Source of the DNA: Adineta vaga
Lineage: Eukaryota > Animalia > Rotifera
Direction: 5' to 3'
Assembly: GCA_021613535.1 (NCBI GenBank)
Contig: CP075496.1
Span: 6,448,001 to 6,512,000, forward strand
Length of the DNA: 64,000 nucleotides
In this document: in pieces, positions 17,730-31,000 of the stretch
How positions within the stretch are numbered: position 1 is the stretch's first letter
Layout: each line of letters opens with the position of its first letter
Made by a program: the position numbers and the translations under genes
The notes under the pieces: generated by a model
What the model was told of the DNA's origin: nothing
The model's database searches: none
Seen by the model: only the letters and a program-made list of their open reading frames with translations

Positions 17730-20700
17730 ATGAAAGAGAAATCCAAGAATGCCGCGCGAAGTCGACGTGAAAAAGAGAATGCCGAGTTTTTTGAATTGGC
17801 TAAACTCTTACCTTTACCACATGCAATTACTGATCAATTGGATAAAGCCTCTGTTATTCGTCTTACAACAAGTTATCTTAAAATGCGTGCTATTGTACCC
17901 GAAGGTAATCTAATGATCTGGAACGTTTTATTCTCTTCTATGTCGTTAAGATGACATCATTGACACTAGATCGACGATTTTAACATGTTCATTTATCAAA
18001 TCATGTTATAGTTCATTTGAAAATTGATATGAGAAGAGCAGAAAGTTTTCTTTCGTCAGTTGATTCTCTTGTCTCGACTGAAAGAAAAAGGAACAATTAG
18101 AATGGCAAAAGTTTATTTGCAGTGCATGACAATTTTATCCGAGCTGTTTTATATTAAAAACTCGAAGAAGAAGAAAAAGAAAAGATCAGATTGGTTCGAA
18201 GATATTTTCTTTTTTGTATACTAACTTTGATCAGCTTAGTTTGAAATCAATCTCTTTCTTATTTTATCCGGATGTTTTTTCTTAGTAACCCTCTCACTAC
18301 TTACGTTTCTTATTTGAATAGAAAAAAAAAGTTCAATAAAATTTCACACATTAATGATGATGAACCTTTATTTTTCATTATCAATTTTGATAGAATGAAA
18401 ATAAAAATCAATCGCATCAATTTTATAATTGAAATCTATCAATGATCTTTATATTGATATTTATCTTCATTTCGATTGGTTTAATTTTTATCATTCGAAA
18501 AAAGTTCGACTTAGAAATGAAGTGAATAACTTTAATTTTATTCATATGTTTATTTTTTGTTTGTTTACAGGACTCGGTAGTGTCTGGGGTTCACGTTCTT
18601 TAACTCAAACAGCAATTGAACGTGAAGTCAATTCTCAATTGACTCAAGTCTGTAGAAATCAAACACTGTTGATTTAATAAAAATTCTATGCTGTTCGTTG
18701 TTTTTCTTTATTAGATTTTAGATGGATTTCTATTTGTTGTTAGTCCTGATGGTAAAATTATGTATATATCTGAAACAGCTTCAACACATTTAGGTTTATC
18801 ACAAGTTGAATTAACTGGAAATTCGATTTATGAATACATTCATCCGATTGATCATGAAGAAATGGCTGCTGTGTTAACAGCACCATTGCCAACGTACAAT
18901 CAAACATTATGTGCCAATGGTGAATATGAAATAGAACGTTCATTTTTCATACGTATGAAGTGTGTGTTGGCTAAACGAAATGCTGGTTTAACTGCAAGTG
19001 GATTTAAAGTTATTCATTGTTCTGGATATTTAAAAGTCAAACAATTTAATCTTGATGCACTATCATGTTATGGATCACAGAATAATAATGAAAATTGCTA
19101 TCAAAATGTTGGCCTTATTGCATATGGTTATTCATTACCAAGTTGTTCGATAACAGAAATACGTCTTTATTCAAATATGTTTATGTTTCGTGCTGGTCAA
19201 GATCTGAAATTGTTATTTCTTGATTCAAGGTGTGTAATTCGATTTTATCAACGATGAAACGATAGAATTGTTATTGATTTTTATAGAGTAGCACAAATTA
19301 CGGGATATGAACCACAAGATCTGGTTGATAGAACTTTGTATCATTATGTACATACACAAGATTTAATGGCATTAAGATGGGCTCATCAAGTTTGTAAGTA
19401 AAATGTTTTGATGAAATAAGAAAATATAGTTATTGTAGAAGTTCCAACAATATAATAATAGATCTAATAGGAAAAATTCGAATTATATCGTTCCTCTAAA
19501 ATGTTCATAACTATAATGTTACATCTATTCTGTATATTATTTTTATTTTAGTACTTACAAAAGGACAAGTAACAACTCGATATTATCGTTTTCTGGCAAG
19601 AAATGGCGGTTGGATATGGAGTAAGTTTTTAATTATAATCAAAACTTTATGTTTATTTAAATTCTTTCTCATTTCATAGTACAAAGTTATGCTACACTTG
19701 TTCATAATAGTCGATCATCTCGACCAGAAGTAATTGTTAGTGTAAATCATGCATTAAGGTAGATCTTTATTTTTGAGTTTTTTTTCTGTCTTTATAATTC
19801 AATCAAATTTTCTTGATATTTCAAGTGATGTTGAAGCGAAACATTTACAATTATCCGTTGATCAAGTGGAAAAATCTCCATCAGATTATATGCGTTCCGT
19901 ACAAGCTTTAGCTACATTAGCTGCTAATTCAGGTGACAATGATAAATGTTCATCAACTAATACAAGTTTAAATTCATCATCTTCATCAACAGTAAATCGA
20001 AATTGTCCAAATAAAATTCTTAAAACAAATCGTTCAATAAAACAACGTAAATCTTCACCGAAATTATTGACAAAAAATGAAATAGTCTCATCTCCGACAT
20101 TAACTCCTGATGATTATTCACCGATACCAACAAGTACATCTTATAATCATGATGATATCTATTACAATCCTCATCATCAACATTCTCATGCAAATTATCC
20201 AAATTTTCCACTTTATCCATCTTCAGCTCCCTATTCAACTTCATCATCATCGTTTCCTCTATATGCAAATCTTGATGATGATAATAATAAATCTTCTTCA
20301 TTACCAATGTACAATTCACTCTATTACGAACAACAACCAACGAATGATTATCATGCATCAATAACATCAAAAATAATACCTTCAAAACAACAACAACAAC
20401 AACAGCAACATCATCCTCATCATCATTCAACTATGTTAGATAAAAAGAAACAAATCATTCAAACTCCACTAATACAACAACATAACAAACGGAGTTCTAC
20501 ATGTGAAACATTATCATCATGTGATGTAAATAATAAACGAGTTCGTCTTGATAACGAGCATTCTCTTCAAAATCATCATCTATCTCATAATAACTATGAA
20601 ACTAATCTATCGTCTGAAAAAATGGATCTCTATCCTTCAACAACTAATTGCTATGTATCAACAAATTATCCAACAGAACATCCTTATCATCATACGTCGG

Positions 20701-20759
20701 TGATTGTCGACAGTCAACAGTATTTTCTTAATGGATGGAATGGAACGACAGCTTTCTAA
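17730..20759 (+). CDS. sim: Single-minded bHLH-PAS transcription factor
   Basis: [109 protein letters not shown] exons and a Q/H/S-rich C-terminus. Confidence 0.95.
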
Positions 20760-21788
20760 TCGAAAAATCTGAAAAATTTTTAGTCAATGTTGTCTATTGT
20801 TGTTGTTATTTTTCGTGTGTATGTGTGCTCATGTTTATTTGTCTGTTTGTTTGTATTTTATTCTCTATAATTGTGCTTTCGTTCAAAGAAAGACATCAAT
20901 ATCAAATAAGCCAGTTATATATAAATATGATATTTCATAATTTAATGATGTTTTTTCTCCCTTGATAAAATACTTCATTTTTGAAAAAGTTCAGTTTGAA
21001 CAATGCAAGGATCTTCTCTTTTAGTGAGTTATGTTTTATTGTCAAGAAATTTTACAACAGCAATGTAACTCTGAAGAACCATTAGTACGAAAGATATAGA
21101 TTACTAGATAATAATGTACATCTATTTTGATCGATATACCTCTATGAGAGGATTGTATTCATTATCTAACTTGATTCAATGAAAGATATTTCTAATACTA
21201 TTAAGTTTTCTGATATTATAACTTGTAGTAAACAAAATTGCCTGAAGCAAACTTTCTCACTACGAAAAACGTCACATGATAGTATGCTTGAACTATCTAA
21301 AACTATTTAAAAAAAAACAGACTAATTGCAGTACAATTTGAATAACCTTCAAAATCGACAAAAACATTTGCGTAATGATCAATTAGAGCAATACCATAAT
21401 TGCCCTAGAGATAGCATCGATAAAGGAAAAGATGAATAGATACAAAGCAAATTCAAAATATTGTTTGTTCAGTGTACGACTTTTATCATTGATAAATAAT
21501 TTAATGTGAAGAAATTGGGATGAAAATGACATCGAATATTTATAAAGATTTCATTCTTGATATATCCATTTACTTGACGAGGTAATTAATTACAATAAAA
21601 GATTTATACGTCTCTATATGTGTATATATTTAAGAGATTACGAAAGACACAGACGATTGCTCTCTAGAAATAAAATAGATAAATACATTTAAACGACGGG
21701 TTTATACGTTGGAATGAATAGAAAAAAAGACAACAACAACATCAATAATAATAAAATAAGAATGTTTGTTTTTGTGTTTCGTTTTGTT

Positions 21789-22260
21789 CTATTGAATACG
21801 AGCATTGATATGTGCTTCGGGTTTAATATCACATACAAGTGTTATTATACGTTGAAGTAAATCTTGTTTATTTGAATCATATTGATTTTTCAATGAAGCT
21901 ATTTGTATTTGAGTATCTTTATTCGATTCTTCAGTCATTTGAGTTCGATTACCCAATTGCTATTGAGAACAAAAACAATAAATTAGACTTATATGAAAAA
22001 GGGATGATTAAATCAGTATACTTGTTGTTCTAAACCTTTGTATCGTCGTTCTCGTTCGCTTTTGAATTGTTCGATTTCATGTTTTGCTTCATTCTGAGCA
22101 TCTTTTATACGTTTATTTTTACCTAAGATGTATAAAAAGAGAAGAAATCAAAAAGAAGAAAATACATTGATTCAAACTTACGTTTTCGAGCTTCTTCAAT
22201 GAGTTCTTGGGCCTTCTTTTCAGCAGCAAGTAGATCCGAAATTCCACGAGATTGAAGCAT
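21789..22260 (-). CDS. ATP6V1G: V-type ATPase subunit G (3 exons; missed by the ORF track)
   Basis: Spliced: MLQSRGISDLLAAEKKAQELIEEARKRKNKRIKDAQNEAKHEIEQFKSERE...QLGNR...LVCDIKPEAHINARIQ*. Confidence 0.93.
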
Positions 22261-22844
22261 CTTACTAGTCAATTGAACTAATCTGAAATAAACTGAATAA
22301 GTAGAGATGATTGAAAAAGTGACATGATTTACAAAAAAATGTCTGCTCTTAGAATTACAAAACTCAAGTCTTTAAGGTTAAATATAGGTTACATCTAATC
22401 CATAAATAAATAACAAGAATTGTTTATCAAATTAGATAGAAGAAAACACAATTTTTCTTGCCATATATGATAAGAAATAATAGAAGTTATTACTTATGAT
22501 GATTTCCATCCATCGAAAAGCAAAACAAACAAACGTCATTTAAATATACCGAATTTTCTGATTGGTCGATTTTCTTTATTTTTTTCGATAGTAGCGCTGA
22601 TATGAAATTTTATTTAATAAAATTATTCTGTTTTAATTACTTTCTCATATAAATAATTTCTTTTCAAATAAAAATCATAATTTTATTAGAATCTTTCAAA
22701 TTCATTTATATCATGGAGGCTAAAAATCAGCTATAGTCGATGGCAGATAGTCCATGAATTCCCTTCATCAGATTTGAAATTGAAAAAAAACAACAAGAAA
22801 TCGTTTTTATTCTAACGAACTATCGACTTTATCTTTTAGATATC
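22261..22844. promoter_or_regulatory. Probable bidirectional promoter (V-ATPase G / RPL8)
   Basis: Head-to-head starts about 585 nt apart, with a CCAAT box (CTGATTGG) at about 22558-22565. Confidence 0.45.
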
Positions 22845-24191
22845 ATGGGTCGAGTCATTCTCGCACAGCGTAAAGGTAAATCAGCCATCTTTCGCGCTCG
22901 AACTTTCCATCGCAAGGGCCCAGCTAAGTTGCGTTCTTTGGATTATGCGGAAAGACAGGGTTATTTACGTGGTGTTGTTAAAGTAATTGAACAAGTTTTA
23001 TATTCTATTAATCGTTTCTTTCGATCTCTTAGGATATTATTCACGATCCCGGTCGTGGTGCTCCACTAGCAGTTGTACACTTCCGTGATCCATATCGATA
23101 CAAGAAACGAAAAGAATTATTAGTTGCTGCTGAAGGCATGTACACTGGACAATTTATTTATTGTGGTAAAAAAGGTAAAATATAAGTAAAAAAAAATTTT
23201 TCGTCACTTTTTCTAAATATTCTTCTTCTTTTTTTCAGCTGCATTGACCATCGGAAATGTAATGCCATTAGGACAAATGCCAGAAGGTACAATTGTTTGT
23301 CAAATCGAACAAACCACTGGTGATCGTGGTAAACTAGCTAAAGCATCTGGTAAGTGTTTGAACTATGATGAAATTTTCTTAAGCAGTTGTTTCGACTACT
23401 GATCTATTTTTTGATGATTAAATGCTTCCTGAGTTCAACACTCCTATGTTATCATTGTCTTTTTTTTTAGGTAATTATGCTACCATCGTTTCACATAATC
23501 CTGACGGTGGTAAGACAAAAGTTAAATTACCATCAGGTGCCAAGAAAACTTTATCATCAACGAATCGTGCTATGGTCGGTATGTATGATTTGAGTATACG
23601 TCATTATATGTATAAATAAATATATATATATATATGTTACATGATGAACGATATTCCATTTGTTTCTGACATGCTGAATGATCAAGAAACGATATCTAGA
23701 GGCTTTTACTGAAGGCATATATATATATAAATGAATATACAGACAGACAGACAGACAGAGAGACAGAGAATTTATTAGAATACAAAATTGCAAGTTTTTC
23801 TATCACGTAGGCATTGTTGCTGGCGGTGGCCGTATTGATAAACCAATCTTGAAAGCTGGCCGATCATATCATAAATTCAAAGCGAAACGAAAATCATGGC
23901 CCCGAGTTCGTGGTGTTGCTATGAACGTAAGAGATTACTAGTTTTATATTGATTCATTTGCATTATCGGTTTTTGTTTAGCCTGTCGACCATCCTTTCGG
24001 TGGTGGCAACCATCAACACATTGGCAAACCATCAACAGTCAGTCGTTATGCACCACCTGGTCGCAAGGTTTGTTTCAAATTTATATTATTCATTGAAGTC
24101 TTATGACAAATATCTTATTTTTTAGGTTGGTCTTATTGCTGCTCGTCGTACCGGTCGTATACGTGGTACAGTTCAAACGAAAGAAGATTGA
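22845..24191 (+). CDS. RPL8: 60S ribosomal protein L8 (uL2), 7 exons
   Basis: [87 protein letters not shown]. Confidence 0.98.
23354..23441 (+). ncRNA. Intronic box C/D snoRNA in RPL8 intron 3
   Basis: Box C ATGATGA 23365-71, D' CTGA 23399-402, C' TGATGA 23412-17, D CTGA 23429-32, terminal stem TTGAAC/GTTCAA. The host intron is about twice the usual length. Confidence 0.85.
23633..23719 (+). ncRNA. Intronic box C/D snoRNA in RPL8 intron 4
   Basis: Box C ATGATGA 23641-47, D' CTGA 23666-69 (or 23674-77), C'-like ATGATCA 23678-84, D CTGA 23709-12. The flanks TATGTT/GGCATA pair (with GU) and are extended by (AT)n. The intron is enlarged to about 230 nt. Confidence 0.75.
23739..23768. repeat. 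(GACA)n/(GA) microsatellite in RPL8 intron
   Basis: acagacagacagacagacagagagacagag. Confidence 0.7.
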
Positions 24192-25450
24192 GAACCATAA
24201 GAATTATCTCTCTATACAGAAGAAATTTGTTGGCTGTTTTTATTGTTTTTTGTTTTGTATCATCAAAAATAAAAAAAAAGAAGAAAGTCAACAATGGACA
24301 TTAGATTTTTTTTCTATATTCAACTTGAAATTGTAAAAATGTTTATTTTCACTCAATAACAATTGATTAATATGTTGATTATTATATCCACATTTGAATT
24401 GTAATGATTAAGAACATATTTATTTTTTATGTTATGTAAAATTGATCTACCATATAGAGATAGATTTTGCTCTTTTCATAAGCATCTAATTATTTTATTC
24501 ATAAGAAGAATCGTCTGTTTTATGAATACATCAAATTAGAGTCCTAGACGGAGCTATAGTCAATAAAAAAAGAATCTTCAACTTAATCTGATACGAATCT
24601 ATCGAAACTTCAGTCATCTTTTATTCTCGACTGATGACGATCGAATGAGATCAAGTCCTTGCATCATTTTCTTCTTATCTGATTTTGATCTATCTACTAT
24701 TTTCAGTTCATTTTCCATTGTTATTATTCTTTAATCAAAACCTCATAGTCTGTGTAATCTTATTGTTGTTTATAATTAATTCATGAGATTTCAAGCAAAG
24801 ATTGTTTCCATTTGGTTCATGCTTTGTTTCACTTATTTTGAACACAATGAACAAGAAAGAAAAGAAAAGAATCGAATGGAAACGTACATGCGTAAACGAG
24901 AAAAGAAGAAGTTTAAAATTTGAGGCACACACGCACTTGCATGTAAGAAGTCGCGCATATATTCTCGAACAACGAACAGAGAAATATGAATGACAATGTG
25001 GGTGTGTGTTCTCCATCAGTTTTAATCACTAATAAAAAGAAAAAAGGAAAAATCCGGTTAAAGTCAGCATCATTTTTTGTCTTAAATAAAATTTCTGTAA
25101 ATCGACAATCGATGTTTCAGGTGTATATTTATTTTCATATATATATATATATATGTATAATAGTCATACAGAATAAACACACACACACTCGCGCTGGTTT
25201 GCATATAAATAAATTTACACCACTGATGCATATGTATACATCAATAGTCTTCATTTTCATAGGAAAAAAAAATAGATAAAGAAAGAAAAAGAAAAAGAAA
25301 AAAAAGAGTCGGATTTTGTTTTAGTTTTTTGATCTCGTCACCGATAACAGCATGTAATACTGTTCAAAAATGATGGAACACAGCGATATTATCAAATATG
25401 AAAAAGAAAAACGAAAAATTGTTCAATTACTGATTGGTATGAAATAATCT

Positions 25451-26839
25451 TCATTTCAATGGGTTTCCTTCAACAGGTGATGATGACGTCGATGATGATG
25501 TATCACCATTAGCTAAACTCTTTGAACATTTACTAGCTAAGACGGAATAGGGTTGTCCGTGAAGTAGAAGACACAATACAACTGTCATATTATCACAACC
25601 AAGACCACCCATTTGACAGTTTGGTGCTAAACAACGTGTCATTAATTCTTCACAGATCTAAATGAGGAATGTGAGAACAGAAATTTAGATTTCAATGTTT
25701 TTTTTCTACCGTTTCTGGTGGCATTTGTTGAGCAACACGAGCTCGAACAAATTTTAAAACTTCTTCATTACTAAGCACATCCCAAATACCATCACAAGCC
25801 AATAAAATAAATTCCCAATCTTCATTAATAGTTTTCGAAGTTACATCCGGTGAAGCTAAAGAATTCATAAGATATAACATCTATTTGATCTTTTTTCTTA
25901 CCAGTTACAACTTGTTCTTCTGCTCGTTTGTCCGTATTGCGTTTAAATATGAAATCACCAAGTGCTCGAGACAATGCCAAATTACCTAATAATACAAATT
26001 CTCTATTAACAAAACAATTCAAAGAAATCTTCTACCATTAACACGATTAAATTCTACCCATCCACCAGCAGCTGTGATTCGTTTTCTTTCATCATCATTG
26101 TTTGGTTTATGATCAACAGACAATGTTTCTACATTTCCATTCACTGATGCAATTGCTCGACTATCACCGACATTACCCTAGAAGAAGAAAGATCTTACTT
26201 TTGATGTTTTTCTTCACGTCAATATACATACACAAAAAAGTTTTTGATCTTTAATTATAACACAAATAGCTGTTGTACCAGCTAGATCTTCTCTCATATC
26301 TTCATCTGTAGACATTTCTTTATCAAATTCAAGATAACCTTTTCGAATAGCTGCATCAATATTTCCTTCTTCTAGACACAAGAAAAAAGAAGCAATTGAT
26401 ATTTATCAAATTAAATCAACGAACTAAAATCGGGTTGATTAGCAATACGAGTATGAAGATGTTTACATGAATGTTGCGCAACTTTTGCTCCTAAATGAAT
26501 AAATCATTTAAAGAATGAAGTTGTTCAGTTTCCATTTACCGCCATGTCCATCATAAACAGCGAAAAAAGCAGAATTTTTATCTTCAGGAAGTGTTAAAAT
26601 ATGTGTATGGGCGTCTTCCATATCTAAAACGAAATCATTTCTTAAATACCTGAACTAAAGTTCAAAGCATTCAACTTACTGATACGCCATCCTTGCATAC
26701 TACTACTTCCGACTGAATACATCTGATTTTCTACTTTTTGGGAATCTTTCGAGGTAACCGGTTCTAAATAAATAATTCGCTATAATGAATAACAAAGCAA
26801 ACATGTATTGATATTCTTACCTGATAATGTTTGCCCCAT
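25451..26839 (-). CDS. Protein phosphatase 2C (Ptc2/Ptc3-like PPM), multi-exon
   Basis: MGQTLSEPVT (myristoylation-type start), SSMQGWRI-MEDAH, FFAVYDGHGG, GTTA, GNVGDSRA, DHKP, NLALSRALGDF, ILACDGIWDV, GCDNMT. Confidence 0.95.
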
Positions 26840-28063
26840 TCTAATATAGTTCTATATGAAGTAACAATAATAATAATCTATATATATATATAAAGATGTA
26901 TACGATATTTAACGGTTTACAAATTACATAATAAATCTGAAAAAATAAATGTCACTGAAGGAAAGGATCTTCTCCTATTAATAAAGTAAAGGTGCGTATA
27001 TGTTTCGGGAGAAAGACAAGAGAAAAATCCGATAAGATCAGTCATGTTTACGAGTGACACTTATTATTCTTAAATTCGTCACATATTTATGGAACACAAA
27101 AGTCAATCGTAAGACATGATTGTATAAAATTGTGAAAAATAAAAATCCTCTGCTTCTTCTTTTCGTTCATAAATGATCGATTGGTTCGAAGACTTGTTTA
27201 TTATCATAAAAATATAGACAGAGAAAACATGAATCATGTTCTGTTTATTAGTATAACATAACCATGTTCGAAGATAACTATATATGATTATGCAGCGATA
27301 CAATCAATGTCGAAATATACAAGCTGAATCTCTAGTCTTAAATGAGGTTTTTTATTCACATGACTATATTATGGATATGTCGGAATCGTTTTAATGGATT
27401 AACGATATCAAAAAGAAAATTCATTTTACTATTCCATGATTAGAAATTGTATGGAAAGTAAAATATATTCTATGAGAAATTTTCTGTAAAAAAAATCTAT
27501 ATATATATAGATGTCACTAATTTACAACTAACAGAGGAATAGGTTAAATTAGTATAATGTACATGCTACTGTTAGCCAAATATATAAAGTATAGAATGAT
27601 AGTCAATTAAAATGAGCTCGAAACAAAGTTTACACGTGTCTCAAATCGGTAAAGAAAAATTCGAATATACATATCTCGTCTCTTCTACATAAAGAAGATT
27701 GTCAACACATAAACACTTCAATTAGATAGAACGTATCTTCTGAACAAATGATTTATATTCATTCGACAGTAACGTTTTCTTTCTTCTTGTCAAAGATCAT
27801 TATCTACGCATCAACACAACCGAATGATTGATAGGACAAATATGGCAGTTGTAATTTACTGCTCATCAATAATTATACGTAAGTCAATCAATGAGACTTT
27901 TTTGTTTATACAACATTCACATATCATAGTCTTTTTGTATCTAGTCTAGATCTGTTATGTTCAAATGAAATAAACAAACAAACAAAAAAATAGAGTAAGA
28001 AGTAATTATGTAGAAAACAGAGGAAGAGGAGAAGAAGACAACAAGAAAAGAAAACAACTCGAC

Positions 28064-31000
28064 TCAAATATAAAATTCACGCTGTTCATTCGCTGAAGTT
28101 AATGACGATTTTTTTCGTCGTCGTTTTTTATGTGATTGAGTAATGTCTTTTTTTGATAGATGTGTTATTGGTGAGGTAGTTACAGAAGTTGTTACAATTG
28201 TTGAATTAAGATTGTCATGAGTACGTTCACCGGGTGACGGAGATAATTCAACAATCAATGGTCGAAAACGTTGAGCTTCTTCAACTTCATAAACACCGAC
28301 ATCTTTTCGACGATATTTTATGAAACCAAAAATAGCAAATAAAATACAGAGAAAAATGCCACAGAGAAGAGGTACTAAAATAACCCAAAAATTTTGCCAA
28401 TGAAATAATCGACGCAATCGTTTTGTAAGTGGAGTACGAATAGATACAATCAATGGTGGATTATCATGATATGGAGTCGAATTTGATGTATAATTCAATG
28501 AGATTGATGTTGAAAGATTCATATATGAATAAGATATTGATAAAGTTGTTGATAATGTTGAATATTTTGATGCAAATCGAGTAGACGATGATACTGAAAC
28601 GGATTTATTTAATGGCAAAGAAGTAAGAAGAGTAATATTAGGATATGATATTGGACTTGAATTAGCATCTGATGGAACTATACAAATATCATCATATGCT
28701 TGAGATGAACAAAATGAAGAAATCAGATCATTTTCCGAGTGAAATGATGGATGAATAATTAATGAAGAAGTCGGAGAAAAAGCTTTATCTTGGTTTGGTG
28801 AATATGATATACGTTGGAATGTTGGAGAAATCAGATCAAATACTGGATAGATATCCGATTCAAGTCCATAGAGTTGACCCTAGAAAGAATAGAAAAGTCG
28901 GAATGTCAATCATAATCAAATAGTTTTGATAAAAGAAATATTTTCCTATTAACATATTAATTCTTCAGAAATTAAAGCTATGATTTTCGCTATCCTACCT
29001 GATATCCATATCTGAATACTGGATTTTGTCCAATTAATAATAATAATGGTTTATCAAATGCTAATCGATATGTTAATTGTTTAATAATTTTCCTATTATC
29101 CACACTTAATTGTAAGTATCCAGTTGTGTTATATTCAATTTGAACTAAATGATAATATCCATCATTAATAATTAGATCATTTTGTATAAATTCATTATCA
29201 TTATTAATATTTCCAGCAAATTTTATTCGTAAATATCCTCGATAGAATTCAATTTGAAGTTGATCACTAACACGTATTATTTCTCCAGTTACCATTTTCG
29301 TTACAATACCAAATGAAATTTTATAATTCGAAAATTTCTTATCCGATCGATAAGGTTGATCAAAGATTAAACCTGATGTGTATTGATTAAAAAAATATCC
29401 TGTTCGTATTTCTGTACAAAATTCTCCTTGAAAACTTGTATGTCTACAATCACATTGAATACGATCACGGCAAATACCCGTGTTCATACAATGTCGTAAG
29501 GGACATTGAGTATCTAGAAAACAATCATTACGAATTTGCGTATTACTTTTAATATATTCTCGTAGATTGATCATTCGAGTATTGATTGTTAATGATGCTA
29601 AACATAATTTTAATGTATTAATATGATTAAATGGTAAACTATCTGAAGAGAGAAATGTTGGACGACCAAAATAGATTGTATCAAGAAAATAGATTGATGT
29701 TAAAAGATAATATTTATATGAATCAATAATTAATTCTAAATGATAATCACTTCCACGATATAAAGATATATGATGCCAATGACCATCATTTAAACGTGTT
29801 TGTGTTTGAATTTGATACATTTCATCTTCATCTTCATTTAAAGATGCAACGAGTACAATTAAATGTAATTGACCATCGACTAATTTAATAACTAAATATT
29901 GCCCATCTTTATCAATTGTATTATCCATTGAATAACTGTGAAAAAGAAAAGGAGGAAAAGATTTTTCAAATTCGAATGATTTATTGATTTAACCTTGCAT
30001 AATTTTCATTCTTTTATCTCTAATTATCTATTCTCCGTATGTTAAAAGATGATGTGTCATTATCCTTGTTCTTAATCTATTTGTGGTATTCTCGAGAGAT
30101 TCAAAACTGCTATTCATTTGCTTTTTTCTTTCTCAAGAGAGAAAAGTAAAAGCAAGACAGATGTTATCTCTTCTCAATAATCGTTTTCTTTACCTTCGTT
30201 TTGGATTAATTGTTTGAATATTTGCAAATAGAATAAGACCCGTTAATTCAGTTGTACGAAAATCAAAATAAATTGTATCTAATTCACATTCTTGACAGAG
30301 AATATCATTTAATTGTACGGCAACATAAGTATCTTGTTGTTCATAGAATGATATAGAATTTAAAGGTTTCCATGGTCGATGTTTTAATTGAATTTGTTCA
30401 TATTGATTATTTAAGAAATGTTTTGAATTTATCGATTGATCATATAAACGTAAATCTTCAATTCGTATATTTTTATTTCCATTTAAGATCAACCATATTG
30501 TCGATGATGATAACGATGAATAATCGATTTCAATGAGATTTAAACGTTGTTGAGCAATATGATGATCAATATGTAATAGTAATTTCGTATCGATTCGATG
30601 TAAATGTATATAATGCCATTGATTATCAAGTAAGAATGGATATTCACCTGTGATATTGATAGTAACATTCATAAAATAGAAATTAATATGTAATAATCCA
30701 TTTCGAATTGAAAAATTAATTGAATCACATTCCATTATTTGACGACATGGACGAAATTGAAGAAAATTTTCATGATCATGTGTTGCCTGCAAGATAGAAG
30801 AACAAACCGATATATTTCTAAAAAATTCTTTCCATTAAAAATCAAATCTCAATTTACCTGTAAACCAAATGAAATATCATTGATTTGTTCACTCCATTGT
30901 AGATTTGTATTTAATTCAAAGATTTGAATATTATTTAAATCAATATGATACGTTGCTTGTTCACAACGTCGACCTGTATAGCCTGTTTTCGAACAATCAC

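Noticed and set aside
20020-20430. Antisense or alternative-frame ORFs over sim, and over the genes at 37.4, 42.2 and 47.4 kb
   Set aside because: Shadow ORFs produced by low-complexity coding sequence.
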